DNA of 64,000 nucleotides, from the sequence record NC_106514.1. One strand, written 5' to 3'. Under the pieces are notes generated by a model. That model made no database searches. It saw nothing but the letters and a program-made list of their open reading frames with translations, and had not been told where the DNA came from. The DNA comes from Escherichia phage vB_EcoS_ESCO40. Positions 54,402 to 64,000 of this stretch are shown one piece after another. Within the stretch, counting starts at the first letter, position 1; each line of letters opens with the position of its first letter. Position numbers and translations under genes: made by a program.

Positions 54402-55808
54402 TTATTCACCAGCACTAACTGTGATAGTTTTAGTACCTTTTACGCCAGAACCGTCTTTAGCTACAGCCTTCACAATAACTTCGCCCGTTTTAGAAACATC
54501 AGCAGTTAATAGTCCAGATTCGGCATCAATCGTAGCGGCATCACCACTAGAAATAGACCAAGTCACAGCCTTATTAGTAGCTTCTGGAGGGGTTACCTCA
54601 ACAGACATCTGTAAAGTATTACTATTTGTTACAGAAGTAGCATCAGCAGCAGATTTAACTGTGATTGATTCGACCAGTTTTGGTGGAGTTTTAGCACCAT
54701 CCCCCGTAGCAATCAGATTAGCCACAGTAGTTTTTGTATACTTGTTAGAAAATCCAAGATAACCTTCGTCACCAGTATCCAAATCTGTAGGAATAGCCTT
54801 AAACTCTACTGAAGTACCAAGTACATCATCAGTCTCAATAGTAGGAATGTTAACGTGCGCCTGTTTAGCAACTAACACAGCTGCCGGACGTTCATCATCA
54901 TATTCACCACCAAGGATAAGTGCAATCTCAAACCTGTTAACTACCTTAAGAGTTTTAATTAGATCTTTATATAATTCCATAGATCCTAGAGCTTTATCGT
55001 TAAGGTATGCTGTTAGAGAACCAGTTAATTCAAATGCACCCGTAAATGAGCCGATTGGAATATTTACACGTGACATAATATTCGGGGTTAGATACGTGAT
55101 GTTGTTATTAATGGTAAAAGTACCACCAGTAATAGGAATATCATATGCCTTATCAGAATCCATATCCTTAATTTTTAGGATAGTTAACTTGTTCTTAATG
55201 TAAGAACTCTGAATAGTCATGTAGGTTTCATCATCAATACCTAATGCATCTGGATCAAATGGTTGGCTATCTAACGGAATGAGCTGATTACCATTACCAG
55301 ACCAAGTTACACGACCAATATCTTCAATATCAACGTTAACTTCTGCCTGGTTGATCTGGCAAGAGTCAATATAGCTCCATGCTTTGTCAGTAAGAATGTA
55401 GATGTGCAGCATAGCCAACTCATGATAAGAGTTATCTTTAAAGTTAACCATGAAGTTAGCTTCATTATTATGCGCACCTGTGTCTCCCTCAAGGTTTAAC
55501 GCTTTACCACTAGAAAGAGCATGCCATAACATGTAGTCGGGAACAATCTGTTTATTAGAGGTTTTATCCTTGTATGGCAGGATATAAGTAGAAAAACTCC
55601 ACTCAGCCGCATTCAAGGAATCGTTAAAACGTTTAGAACCACGAGTAGGACGCGGACCAGCTTCGTTAACAGTAATATCTGTTGAGTTGCTGTCCTGACC
55701 CCAAGAAATATCATCCTGAACTAGAATCTCTTGCGTGTTGGTCTTATTGTGACCAGTCTTAACCGTAGACACGAAGATTCGAGTATTACGTAATAGTTGT
55801 AAAGACAT
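54402..55808 (-). CDS. major tail tube protein (pb6-like) with C-terminal Ig-like domain
   Basis: 468 aa; C-terminal ...VTWSISSGDAATIDAESGLLTADVSKTGEVIVKAVAKDGSGVKGTKTITV resembles a bacterial Ig-like domain; position and size. Confidence 0.7.
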   Translation of the reverse strand: MSLQLLRNTRIFVSTVKTGHNKTNTQEILVQDDISWGQDSNSTDITVNEAGPRPTRGSKRFNDSLNAAEWSFSTYILPYKDKTSNKQIVPDYMLWHALSSGKALNLEGDTGAHNNEANFMVNFKDNSYHELAMLHIYILTDKAWSYIDSCQINQAEVNVDIEDIGRVTWSGNGNQLIPLDSQPFDPDALGIDDETYMTIQSSYIKNKLTILKIKDMDSDKAYDIPITGGTFTINNNITYLTPNIMSRVNIPIGSFTGAFELTGSLTAYLNDKALGSMELYKDLIKTLKVVNRFEIALILGGEYDDERPAAVLVAKQAHVNIPTIETDDVLGTSVEFKAIPTDLDTGDEGYLGFSNKYTKTTVANLIATGDGAKTPPKLVESITVKSAADATSVTNSNTLQMSVEVTPPEATNKAVTWSISSGDAATIDAESGLLTADVSKTGEVIVKAVAKDGSGVKGTKTITVSAGE

Positions 55809-55834
55809 TTAATTATTTTCTCCTAATCTGTAAC

Positions 55835-56320
55835 TTATCTGCGAAGTGACCTACGTGGAGGCTGATACCTCACTGTTACATTTATTTCTGCTAAACCATA
55901 TGGGGCCAGTAGACCCTCATCTGTACTAACTGATGTAATGCTCATATCAGTCGCCTCACATGGGAAGGTCGATCCATTAGGTTTACTAACAGTATATTCT
56001 AAATTTCCACCTGTGTCAATAACGGTTTTTATATCCGCTACGAGTTTTTCAAGTTGCTCTTGAATGTCTGTTTTCTCTTTATCGTACACCAGGATTGGAA
56101 GTTCTAAAAACATCCACTGTTGGCCTGAAGGAAGATACTGCCCAGTTTCAGTTCCGATATGAACTGCAACATAAGGAAACTCTCGTATCTCCTCAAACTT
56201 ATAAGTTTGACGTGAGACGTTTCCATACAAGTTATTAAAATATTCATCTGGTTGAGAGCCATCCATTTGTTTGGCTATTCGGTCAACCAGAGCTTGTGCT
56301 ATACTTGTTCTGTGATCCAT
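55835..56320 (-). CDS. tail completion / neck protein (by position)
   Basis: 161-aa ORF between head and tail tube genes. Confidence 0.45.
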   Translation of the reverse strand: MDHRTSIAQALVDRIAKQMDGSQPDEYFNNLYGNVSRQTYKFEEIREFPYVAVHIGTETGQYLPSGQQWMFLELPILVYDKEKTDIQEQLEKLVADIKTVIDTGGNLEYTVSKPNGSTFPCEATDMSITSVSTDEGLLAPYGLAEINVTVRYQPPRRSLRR

Positions 56321-56323
56321 TTA

Positions 56324-57091
56324 TTAGGTTCCTTGATTAACCTTAATTTTGTATCTGGAGTGAATTAAGTCTCTTGCAGCTTTAGCTATCGCCTCTCCAA
56401 TTAGTCTTTGAGGATTTCTAGCACCTGGGTAGGGTCGTAATGACAATCTTCGATATGTAGATACTGCAGGATTAAATACTGAATATGGACGTACCATATA
56501 ATTATATGTAACATTTAATTCAGGAGCACCTTTGCTAGTTCCAGCATCTCTAAGCATAACATCTTTAACTTTTAGAGAATTTGCAAAACGACCTGTTCTA
56601 AATTTAAGTGGAGCTCCTGCTTTTTTCATATCCTTTATTAAGTATTCTTTAGCAACCAACTCCAGAATAACCTTCATATTACTATTTGACACAAAACGAC
56701 CAGAAGCACCGGTTACTGCACCAGAATATCCGTCTTCTACATCTCTAGGATCCCCAAAGTTTACCTCTACTCTACCAGTAGAGCGTTTTTTACCTACAGA
56801 AGATTTCTTGCCTGCGGTTGATTGAATAAGGCTTTCTAAAGCCCCTAGATCTCCTGTTAGGTCTAAGCTAGAAGAAACTGCTTTTAGAATAGAGGCTGTC
56901 CTAACACTAAGGAGATCCTGTGATACCGGTTTTGAGAATTTAAAAGATACTTGAGCAACAGTACCATCTCTAGTGGGATCTTTTAATCCTGTTTCAACAG
57001 AATATACAACAGTATTCTTATTGTTCTCGGAACGTCCAACATTATCTAGCTGCTCCTTAATAATTTGTGTAGCTAAATCAGAAAGAGACAT
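56324..57091 (-). CDS. head-tail joining protein (by position)
   Basis: 255-aa ORF. Confidence 0.45.
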   Translation of the reverse strand: MSLSDLATQIIKEQLDNVGRSENNKNTVVYSVETGLKDPTRDGTVAQVSFKFSKPVSQDLLSVRTASILKAVSSSLDLTGDLGALESLIQSTAGKKSSVGKKRSTGRVEVNFGDPRDVEDGYSGAVTGASGRFVSNSNMKVILELVAKEYLIKDMKKAGAPLKFRTGRFANSLKVKDVMLRDAGTSKGAPELNVTYNYMVRPYSVFNPAVSTYRRLSLRPYPGARNPQRLIGEAIAKAARDLIHSRYKIKVNQGT

Positions 57092-57603
57092 TATACTCTC
57101 CTGTAAACTTCAATAATAGTACGAATATGCTCTGGAATACCAGACTTAGTATTATTAAAGGTAACTGTTTCTCCGCCAATTGTTTTAGCTTGACGGTAAT
57201 CCTGTTTATGCCAATGATCTACTAGCATACATGCTGCAAGTTTGAGATCTTCAGGAATTGGGTTAAATCCACCTTGTGTGTATTCTACATCCATATAACC
57301 TTCCGGAGGATTAAATTTAAGAAGTATAACCCCATCAGAATACAACTTATACTGTTTGGGATCTATCTCCTTATCATTAATAGTCATTTTAGTTACTGAA
57401 GTAGCCGAGGGAGAACTTAAGAAGTATTTTTTACGAGTAGGTTTTGTATTGATTAACTGGTCTACCGCATCAGCATCATCCATACCTAAGAGGCTAGTAA
57501 TCAGCGCGTTGGCAGCAGTAATCATCATCTCTACTCCAGATTCTAGTTCCGGTCGTTTTAACCCGCCGTATAGTCTATAGTCTTCAGCTGTGATTATTTG
57601 CAT
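57091..57603 (-). CDS. head completion / head-tail connector protein (by position)
   Basis: 170-aa ORF whose ATG directly follows the conserved hairpin + A/T box. Confidence 0.45.
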   Translation of the reverse strand: MQIITAEDYRLYGGLKRPELESGVEMMITAANALITSLLGMDDADAVDQLINTKPTRKKYFLSSPSATSVTKMTINDKEIDPKQYKLYSDGVILLKFNPPEGYMDVEYTQGGFNPIPEDLKLAACMLVDHWHKQDYRQAKTIGGETVTFNNTKSGIPEHIRTIIEVYRRV

Positions 57604-57642
57604 TTATTTTTCCCAATAAAAAAGGAGAGCCGAAGCTCTCCT
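57604..57642 (-). terminator. strong stem-loop (UUCG loop) plus U-tract after the major capsid gene, with conserved A/T box
   Basis: AGGAGAGC-UUCG-GCUCUCCU then UUUUUUAUUGGGAAAAAUAAAU-AUG on minus strand. Confidence 0.65.
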
Positions 57643-57662
57643 TATCGGCTGAAAAGCCTGTA

Positions 57663-59039
57663 TTAAGATGCAGCGTAAGTACCAGATACAACGCCATTAT
57701 TAAAGTAACGTTGCAGGTTAACACGCTGAGTAACGTAGTATGCATCACGCTGTTTACCAGCTTGGCGCTCACGTTCAACAGTAACAGCACGCTGACGCGG
57801 CATTACGAAGTTATCTTTATAAACAATAACTGCGAACTCTGCTGAGTTAGCTTTAGCTGGGAAGAATTCAGAAACTACAACCGGCAGACCGTAAATACGA
57901 CCAACTTGACCTTGCAGTTTAACAGCATCGTTACCAACCTGTGCAACATCCTGCCATTCTTCATCTTCCAGCAGATCGTAGTAAGCATCCATAGATACGA
58001 TCAGTACCAGCTTGCTTAGTTTCAGACCATGACGGCCCAGTTTACGACGCAGTTTAGAGATAGTCTTAGCGGTTACCTTTACGGAACCGTCAGCTTTAGC
58101 TTCTGTGACAACCTTAGCACTATCTTCACTAGCAAGGGTCAACAGACCTTTCGGCTTACCAGAACCATCACCAGTCATAAATGCTTCTTCGATAGAAACA
58201 GCGTGTGCTTCAATCAGACGTTTACGCAGCAGCGGTAGCAGAGAGAAGATTGCATCTTCTTCAGTTTCATCAGTAATAAAGGACTTAGCAGCCAGTTTGT
58301 AGGTTTTAAAACTAATTTCAGTTAATGTACCTTTAACTTCGTTACCAGTAGTATTGTCAGTACCATAAGCGGAAGCATCTACCCAAGTAGCTTTACCAGC
58401 TTCTGGTTCAACCAGCATAGTAAGAATCTTACTAGACATCGGCAGTTCTTCGAACAGTGCGCCAACTACCAGTTCTTTCTGCAGGTCACGAATGATACGG
58501 GTAGAGAAAATAGTTTCGTAGTTTTCGCTAGAAACCTGAACTGAGGAAGAAGAGTTTACAGCTTTAAGGTGATTCTGACCATGTTCAGTTTCGAATACGC
58601 CTTTTTCCATTACATAAGATAACAGAACCAGTTTTTCAACTTCATCTTCAAAGGCTTCCTGAGTACCGTACAGTGCTTTAGCAACACTATCACCAACGAA
58701 GGAACGACCTTCACGAGCTGTCAGCAGGGATTTGATTTCGTCCTGAAGACCAACAATAGTTTCCTGCTGTTTTTCTACAGTTTGTGCAAACAGTTCTGCG
58801 CTCTTCTTAGATTTTTCATCCAGGGATTTAACCAGTTCCAGAGCTTCTTCCAGACGCTTACGGTCTTCGCCAACTGCTTTAGAAACCAGGTCATTCATAC
58901 GAGCCAGTTCTTTTTCTTCCTGCTCTTTACGCATACGTTCAGCTTCCTGAGCTTTCTGAGCAGCGGTCAGACCTTCCAGAGATTTAGCCAGATCACCCAG
59001 ACCAAGTTCTTCTTTCAGCTTATTAATATCAATAGTCAT
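57663..59039 (-). CDS. major capsid protein precursor with N-terminal scaffolding (delta) domain
   Basis: 458 aa; N-terminal ~150 aa Glu/Lys-rich coiled coil, high-expression codon usage, follows prohead protease gene. Confidence 0.8.
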   Translation of the reverse strand: MTIDINKLKEELGLGDLAKSLEGLTAAQKAQEAERMRKEQEEKELARMNDLVSKAVGEDRKRLEEALELVKSLDEKSKKSAELFAQTVEKQQETIVGLQDEIKSLLTAREGRSFVGDSVAKALYGTQEAFEDEVEKLVLLSYVMEKGVFETEHGQNHLKAVNSSSSVQVSSENYETIFSTRIIRDLQKELVVGALFEELPMSSKILTMLVEPEAGKATWVDASAYGTDNTTGNEVKGTLTEISFKTYKLAAKSFITDETEEDAIFSLLPLLRKRLIEAHAVSIEEAFMTGDGSGKPKGLLTLASEDSAKVVTEAKADGSVKVTAKTISKLRRKLGRHGLKLSKLVLIVSMDAYYDLLEDEEWQDVAQVGNDAVKLQGQVGRIYGLPVVVSEFFPAKANSAEFAVIVYKDNFVMPRQRAVTVERERQAGKQRDAYYVTQRVNLQRYFNNGVVSGTYAAS

Positions 59040-59056
59040 TTTTAAATAATTCTCCG

Positions 59057-59689
59057 TTATTCTTTAACGTAGCCTAAAGCTATCGCAAGTTTTTCTAGTT
59101 CAGAAAGATTACGTTCTTGAGCTGGGACAGCTTTAGAACTTATTGCAGTAAAAGATTTACGCCATTCAGTATAATCATGACCATTCATGCTCTTAGCGAG
59201 ATTGAACGTTGAGTCCTGATTACAAGGTACAGAAACTACCGAAACTTCGTATAGTTCTAAATCTTTAATAATAAATATATCAGTAGCTTCATCCCACTCT
59301 GCATCTAGGCAGCGGAATCCGATACTAAAAGTTTTCAGTACACCGTTTTTAATTAGTGAAAAGATAGCCGGGTCAGAACTTTCATAGATCTCGCATTCGA
59401 TTTCGAGACCCATTTCAGTAGGGTTAAGATCAATACACTTGCCGATTGGACGACGATGATCGTGTCCGAAAAGAATAATCGGGTTTTTCATGTAGTTAGC
59501 AAGTGCATTAGATGTTTTCCACGCAGAAGCAGGAATTACATCACCAGCGCGATCTTTACTAATTGTGTTAGCGAATCCACGGATTTTTACAACACCTTCT
59601 TTGGATTCGCTATCAATAGATTTAATATAAGCATCTAAATGAACGGGTGCTGATTTTAACTTGTTATAGTCAATAGCAGCTTGTGTCAT
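59057..59689 (-). CDS. prohead protease
   Basis: 210-aa ORF between decoration and capsid genes; size and position. Confidence 0.6.
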   Translation of the reverse strand: MTQAAIDYNKLKSAPVHLDAYIKSIDSESKEGVVKIRGFANTISKDRAGDVIPASAWKTSNALANYMKNPIILFGHDHRRPIGKCIDLNPTEMGLEIECEIYESSDPAIFSLIKNGVLKTFSIGFRCLDAEWDEATDIFIIKDLELYEVSVVSVPCNQDSTFNLAKSMNGHDYTEWRKSFTAISSKAVPAQERNLSELEKLAIALGYVKE

Positions 59690-59692
59690 TTA

Positions 59693-60187
59693 TTAGCCTC
59701 CAGGAACAGTAGGATTAACTGTCACAGCACATGTAGTAGAGTCCTTGCTTACTTGCTTACTATCTGTTACAGTTACTTTATAGGCTCCAGAATCCTCCGT
59801 AGCTGCTGCAGGCTTAGTATAGGTAGCTCCTGAAGCATCCGGAATAGGAGAACCATCTTTAGTCCATGCATAAGTATATGGACCAGTACCACCAGTTGCA
59901 GTAACAGAAAGTGTTAATGCTGTTCCCTCTTCAACGGACATGCTAGCAGTTAAATCTTTAGAAAGAGTTAACGGTGGGGCCGGTGGAGCAGGAGGAACTG
60001 CTTTACCATAAGCCTCTACAAATTTCTTCCATACTTTACGGTTAGTATGCGCAGATGAAAGTCCTAGTTCTCTACGCAGAAAAGCATAGCTAGGAACATA
60101 TTTATGCGCAGCAACCGTAGCAAAGAAGATATGAGATTCTGGCAGTTTTTCACCAAAAATGGTCTTTAGACCATTATAATCAATCAT
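59693..60187 (-). CDS. head decoration protein with C-terminal Ig-like domain
   Basis: 164 aa; Pro-rich linker PPAPPAPP then Ig-like region (TLSVTATGGTGPYTYAWTKDG...YKVTVTD). Confidence 0.65.
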   Translation of the reverse strand: MIDYNGLKTIFGEKLPESHIFFATVAAHKYVPSYAFLRRELGLSSAHTNRKVWKKFVEAYGKAVPPAPPAPPLTLSKDLTASMSVEEGTALTLSVTATGGTGPYTYAWTKDGSPIPDASGATYTKPAAATEDSGAYKVTVTDSKQVSKDSTTCAVTVNPTVPGG

Positions 60188-61401
60188 TCTTTATCTCCCT
60201 CGGTGGAACCTTGAGGTCTACCACCTTCTTGACCAGATACACCTGTTGCAGAACCAGCAACGTTAGCAGGAATACGAATCTTATCCATCTGCTCATCATC
60301 TAAAGGTTCAAGGTTCAGCTCTAAACGAGCTTCGTTACCAGTCATAATACCATTATTAACCAATGAGGTTAAATGTTTAGCCTCAGCTTCTTTATCTGGG
60401 GTTAATGCAGCTACCTCCTTAGTATTAGGGGTAATCTTATAACCAAAAAAGAAAGTAAGAGAACTAGTCAGTTTGTTCAGCATAGGAATGATAGTCATAT
60501 AATAGAACAATTCGATGTTTGGTCGAATATTCGCATTATTACCACCATCAAGCAGTACTTGCGGAACACCAAAGGCTAGACAGATAGATTTATTAAATCC
60601 TTCGATGTCTTCCTTAAAGTCTAGATCTTTAAAAGAGGATATTTGGGAGTACGGTTTAGCTTTCATACCACCATCTAGAATCAGGACAGAAGACTGACCC
60701 GTACTAGGATTATAATCGAGTTGTAATTCTTCTTGTTTACGCTCACGCAATTTCTTGTTCAGGATTTCATCCGTCTCAAGAATAAGACCAATCACGGTAC
60801 CGTTATCGAGGAATTTCTCTTTAAAGTTAAGCATTTTAGAACGCTTCTCGAGAGAATCAATAACAGTAGCAACACGAGATTGTCCAGAAATTTGAGAATT
60901 TGTGCCACACACGTAACTGTTATCCTTTATAAAGATAATCTCATCTACGCGATAGTCTATCTGATTATTAAATATAAATTTTTTGATAAACTTATTGGCA
61001 TCTGCCTCGACCTGCATAAGAGCGGCCGGGACATGGTAAAGCGATGTGCCATCCCAATAGATGTATGCACAACCTTCAAAAAGTAGGTCAGTGACTACAA
61101 GTCTACGGAATGTGCTTATATCCATGAATGGATTAGGTCGTACATTTAAGAGAGTGTCTAGAGTCTTTGTCTTGATGCCATTGGCATACGTGACAATATT
61201 ATATTTATCTCCGACAGTATAAGAACACTCCGCCGCACTATCTATAACCATATTGGCAGTTCGATTGAGAATCTCAATCTTGCTATAGGCTTGTCCAGTG
61301 GTAAAAGGCTTACGGTTAGTGCGATGACTAACTGGTTCCATGTCTCTTATAATACGTTGACCCGGATTTAACTTTTCAGTAATCCAGCTTTTTAAACCCA
61401 T
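60184..61401 (-). CDS. portal protein
   Basis: 405-aa ORF between the terminase region and head genes; size and position. Confidence 0.65.
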   Translation of the reverse strand: MGLKSWITEKLNPGQRIIRDMEPVSHRTNRKPFTTGQAYSKIEILNRTANMVIDSAAECSYTVGDKYNIVTYANGIKTKTLDTLLNVRPNPFMDISTFRRLVVTDLLFEGCAYIYWDGTSLYHVPAALMQVEADANKFIKKFIFNNQIDYRVDEIIFIKDNSYVCGTNSQISGQSRVATVIDSLEKRSKMLNFKEKFLDNGTVIGLILETDEILNKKLRERKQEELQLDYNPSTGQSSVLILDGGMKAKPYSQISSFKDLDFKEDIEGFNKSICLAFGVPQVLLDGGNNANIRPNIELFYYMTIIPMLNKLTSSLTFFFGYKITPNTKEVAALTPDKEAEAKHLTSLVNNGIMTGNEARLELNLEPLDDEQMDKIRIPANVAGSATGVSGQEGGRPQGSTEGDKE

Positions 61402-61838
61402 TATAAGAACCTTGCGAATCCTGATTTTATTTCAGTCTTGACTTGTGTCTTTTCTTGAGGATTCTGTAATTTGTCTTTCTGCTTTTGAACCCACACTTTT
61501 TGCTTATTAGCAGAAAATAAAGGAGGTTCTTTTGTGTAAACCTTATGTAATAGTTGGTGATGGTGTACACAAAGGGTAACAGTGTCTTCTACCAGCTCAT
61601 GCCTATATCGATCATAGAATGCCGTCCTATTTGAAAGGACTGTTTCTTCGTCAGTGAAATCCAATTGGAGTTCTTTAGCAAATTTTTTAACTAGTAGAGA
61701 CACCGTATGGTAATGATGAAGCTCTAATTCTTCAGCACAACCGCAGATAGCACATTGAGAGTCTTTTTTATATTGACTTTTTATTCCGTCTCTCATAAGG
61801 GATATAGCATCGCGTTTATATTTTATATTGCTTGCCAT
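61401..61838 (-). CDS. HNH endonuclease (zinc-binding), free-standing cassette
   Basis: CAICGCAEELELHHYH ... LCVHHHQLLHK; ATG 61836-61838 with GAGGAG site; own promoter and upstream terminator. Confidence 0.65.
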   Translation of the reverse strand: MASNIKYKRDAISLMRDGIKSQYKKDSQCAICGCAEELELHHYHTVSLLVKKFAKELQLDFTDEETVLSNRTAFYDRYRHELVEDTVTLCVHHHQLLHKVYTKEPPLFSANKQKVWVQKQKDKLQNPQEKTQVKTEIKSGFARFL

Positions 61839-61864
61839 AGTGTTCTCCTCAACTGTATGAATAT

Positions 61865-61893
61865 AGTATACATAATCGTATCGAATTTGTAAA
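61865..61893 (-). promoter_or_regulatory. sigma70-type promoter (TTTACA-17-TATACT) for the HNH gene
   Basis: minus strand TTTACA (61888-61893), TATACT (61865-61870). Confidence 0.5.
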
Positions 61894-61915
61894 GGGGATT
61901 TTAAAATACAGGAAT

Positions 61916-61939
61916 GGGATACCAACTGAGTAGTATCCC
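61916..61939 (-). terminator. stem-loop after the large terminase gene
   Basis: GGGATAC / GTATCCC 7-bp stem; minus strand then reads AUUCCUGUAUUUUAAAAUC. Confidence 0.45.
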
Positions 61940-61952
61940 ATCCTATACTTAT

Positions 61953-63269
61953 TTATTTACCACGGGAAATAGAGTAAATTCCATAGCGGAGCGCATCACA
62001 AAGGTGAGAGTTAGCATCATGACGTGGTTTTTCACGTGATAATTTCTCTTCACCTTCTTGGAAATCCCACTTATAGTTCTGCAGTGCATGGATTAATGAG
62101 GAACATGAAGCATCTACAATAATCTTACCCTGTTGGAATAGTGCCTGCAGACATGCTAGGCCATCTAGGACAGATTTTTTAGCTGGAGCCGATGCGATTT
62201 CATGCTCATAAGCTAAGTCCTGTCGGAACTGAGCTGCTGCAGAGTCAACAAAAATACGATCAACTTTATAACGATCTATACAGTGCTGAATATAAGCAGC
62301 ATGCTGAGCTGTAGTTTTCTCCGCCTGCTGGTACTCTTCTAATACATAGTAAGTATCCGTATCGTAATGATATTTAATAGTAAGAACTGCTGTAGGATCA
62401 CGATAACCAACGTCAATACCAAGCAACGTTTCGAATGCTTCATCATCTTTAAAGAAGTGACGCATACCTTTGAGGTCTTTAACATGATCGATAGCATTAA
62501 AGGTATCAAAGATCTGGCCCTCGAATACAGAGAAGTCAGCCTCGTATTCTTGGCGGAAGTAGTTTTTACTAACTGTACGGCGTGCTTCCTCAATATCATT
62601 CAAGTCAGCACGTGGGTTATCACGATATGTACCATGAATAGATACCCAGTTAGGCAACGTATCATCAAATCCGTAGGCGTAAAACTCTTTAAACCAGTTA
62701 CCTCCACGAGGGGTGGAAATAAATAGAGCCTTAGAATTAGGTTTATCCAGAGTAGGACGCAGCTGAACCCTGAAAGCATCACCACCCACGTCGGAAATTG
62801 CCGCTTCGTCAAAGATGATAAAATCATATGAACGTCCAACTGCGGAGTCAGCCTGCGCCGCAGAAGCTAGTTTGAAGAGCGAGCCGTTTGCCAGCTCAAT
62901 CTCTTTATCTTTGGCGTTTTCACGTTCGGTTTGTAGGCCATACTTCTTGATAAGACCACGAATCTGTGACCAACCAATGTTAGCCAGTGAGTAGTTAGGG
63001 GCAACTACTAGTACCTTCACATTAGGTTCCAGCAATTTTAGGAACCCAAGTGTGTATGCTATAAAGGACTTGCCTACACGGCGTGATACACACGCCGTTA
63101 CAAAACGATGTCTAGGGTCTTCTAGGGCATTGATAATTGCTATTTGAGGGCCATTAGGCGTGATACCCTCTTGTGCTAGTATTCCGGAAACAGGTAAACG
63201 AAAGAAACGCTTATCTATTCCGAAATCAATAACATCTACTGTGTTAACATAGGGTCTTGATACTTCCAT
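61953..63269 (-). CDS. terminase large subunit
   Basis: 438 aa; Walker A-like CVSRRVGKSF, Walker B IIFDEAAISD, C-terminal nuclease-like region. Confidence 0.8.
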   Translation of the reverse strand: MEVSRPYVNTVDVIDFGIDKRFFRLPVSGILAQEGITPNGPQIAIINALEDPRHRFVTACVSRRVGKSFIAYTLGFLKLLEPNVKVLVVAPNYSLANIGWSQIRGLIKKYGLQTERENAKDKEIELANGSLFKLASAAQADSAVGRSYDFIIFDEAAISDVGGDAFRVQLRPTLDKPNSKALFISTPRGGNWFKEFYAYGFDDTLPNWVSIHGTYRDNPRADLNDIEEARRTVSKNYFRQEYEADFSVFEGQIFDTFNAIDHVKDLKGMRHFFKDDEAFETLLGIDVGYRDPTAVLTIKYHYDTDTYYVLEEYQQAEKTTAQHAAYIQHCIDRYKVDRIFVDSAAAQFRQDLAYEHEIASAPAKKSVLDGLACLQALFQQGKIIVDASCSSLIHALQNYKWDFQEGEEKLSREKPRHDANSHLCDALRYGIYSISRGK

Positions 63270-63751
63270 TACTTTTTACCTCCAGTAGCTAGGGAAGTAA
63301 TTAAGTCCATGTAGTTTTGGTCCCCAGCTCCAGCAATAATGTTATTCTGGATATTGGTCTGATTAGCAGGAGCACGGACAGCAGCTTTAGCTTTCTCTAA
63401 CTCTACCATCATCTTCATTTCTTCCATCTTCATTTTGTGTGCCTTCCAGAGAATATCCATAATATCTTGGTCAGAACCCATGCCAGTTTCTTCTAGCTCT
63501 TCTAGCTTACGCTTAATAACCTCATCTAGAACACCAAATAAACGATCCCTATTACGGAATCCACTCTCCATAAAAATATCGTTTAAGTAGTTCTTAACTT
63601 CACTACGATTCATAATATCTCGAAAAGCAATTTCGGACATTCCAAGGCTACGTGCGGCAGAAGGCACATCGCTACCACACTGTAAATAAGCTTCAATCAC
63701 ATCCATCCCTTCAGGGGACATAAGATCTGGTACTAATACATCATTTGCCAT
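63269..63751 (-). CDS. putative terminase small subunit / DNA-binding protein
   Basis: 160-aa ORF immediately upstream of the large terminase with HTH-like [17 protein letters not shown]. Confidence 0.45.
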   Translation of the reverse strand: MANDVLVPDLMSPEGMDVIEAYLQCGSDVPSAARSLGMSEIAFRDIMNRSEVKNYLNDIFMESGFRNRDRLFGVLDEVIKRKLEELEETGMGSDQDIMDILWKAHKMKMEEMKMMVELEKAKAAVRAPANQTNIQNNIIAGAGDQNYMDLITSLATGGKK

Positions 63752-63761
63752 ATTTCCTCCT

Positions 63762-63959
63762 TTAGGTAAGGCGCTGAACTGTTACTCTTAATCTAGGTAG
63801 GAAAACTGCGCTACCCAAACTCACGTGCATAACTACTCCTAACTCTACATTTCCATTTCCTAAATTTTTAACAGTGTATATAAAACTGTTCCTACTTAGA
63901 GCATTGTTAGGTGTATATCTAAAAGCAGATGTAGTATGAAAAGGTACTAGATAACCCAC
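63762..63959 (-). CDS. hypothetical small protein
   Basis: 65-aa ORF near the window edge; no further support. Confidence 0.25.
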   Translation of the reverse strand: MGYLVPFHTTSAFRYTPNNALSRNSFIYTVKNLGNGNVELGVVMHVSLGSAVFLPRLRVTVQRLT

Positions 63960-64000
63960 AGGTAGCGTTAAAATCTGGTGGAATATTGCATCTCCATTAC

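Noticed and set aside
1-64000. Search for tRNA genes, rRNA and CRISPR arrays
   Set aside because: No T-loop-like GGTTCGAAT motifs or cloverleaf candidates in intergenic regions, and no regularly spaced direct repeats outside the fibre coding repeats; T5-type tRNA clusters presumably lie outside this window.

Overview
This window reads as a contiguous segment of a T5-like siphovirus genome (Tequintavirus-type); identification is from protein motifs, gene order and ORF sizes read by eye, with no database search. Three blocks: (1) 1-9276, minus strand, early nucleotide-metabolism genes (RNase H, thymidylate synthase, DHFR, NrdB, NrdA, PhoH-like ATPase plus small unknowns); (2) 9595-38056, plus strand, early/replication genes (T5orf172-type nuclease, NrdD, Sir2-like protein, HAD phosphatase, helicases, split NAD-ligase, primase, 855-aa family-A DNA polymerase, HNH endonuclease, SbcD/SbcC-like pair, flap endonuclease, dUTPase); (3) 38442-63959, minus strand, late structural genes (two-part L-shaped tail fibre, baseplate proteins, tape measure, tail tube, head completion, major capsid, protease, decoration, portal, an HNH cassette, large terminase). 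Early genes are driven by a family of near-identical sigma70-type promoters (TTGCTT/TTGCTA, 17-bp spacer, TATAAT, then a conserved CATAAATTTGAGAG leader); the copy at 18889-18917 matches, from memory, the classical T5 PN25 promoter. No tRNA, rRNA or CRISPR array was found. Most worth a second look: a standalone Sir2-like protein lacking the zinc module, nuclease cassettes beside nrdD and between terminase and portal, a ~600-bp non-coding island before the large helicase gene, a split ligase, a hairpin-plus-A/T-box motif repeated three times in the late operon, and an unusual tail-fibre locus. Exact starts of several genes are uncertain.
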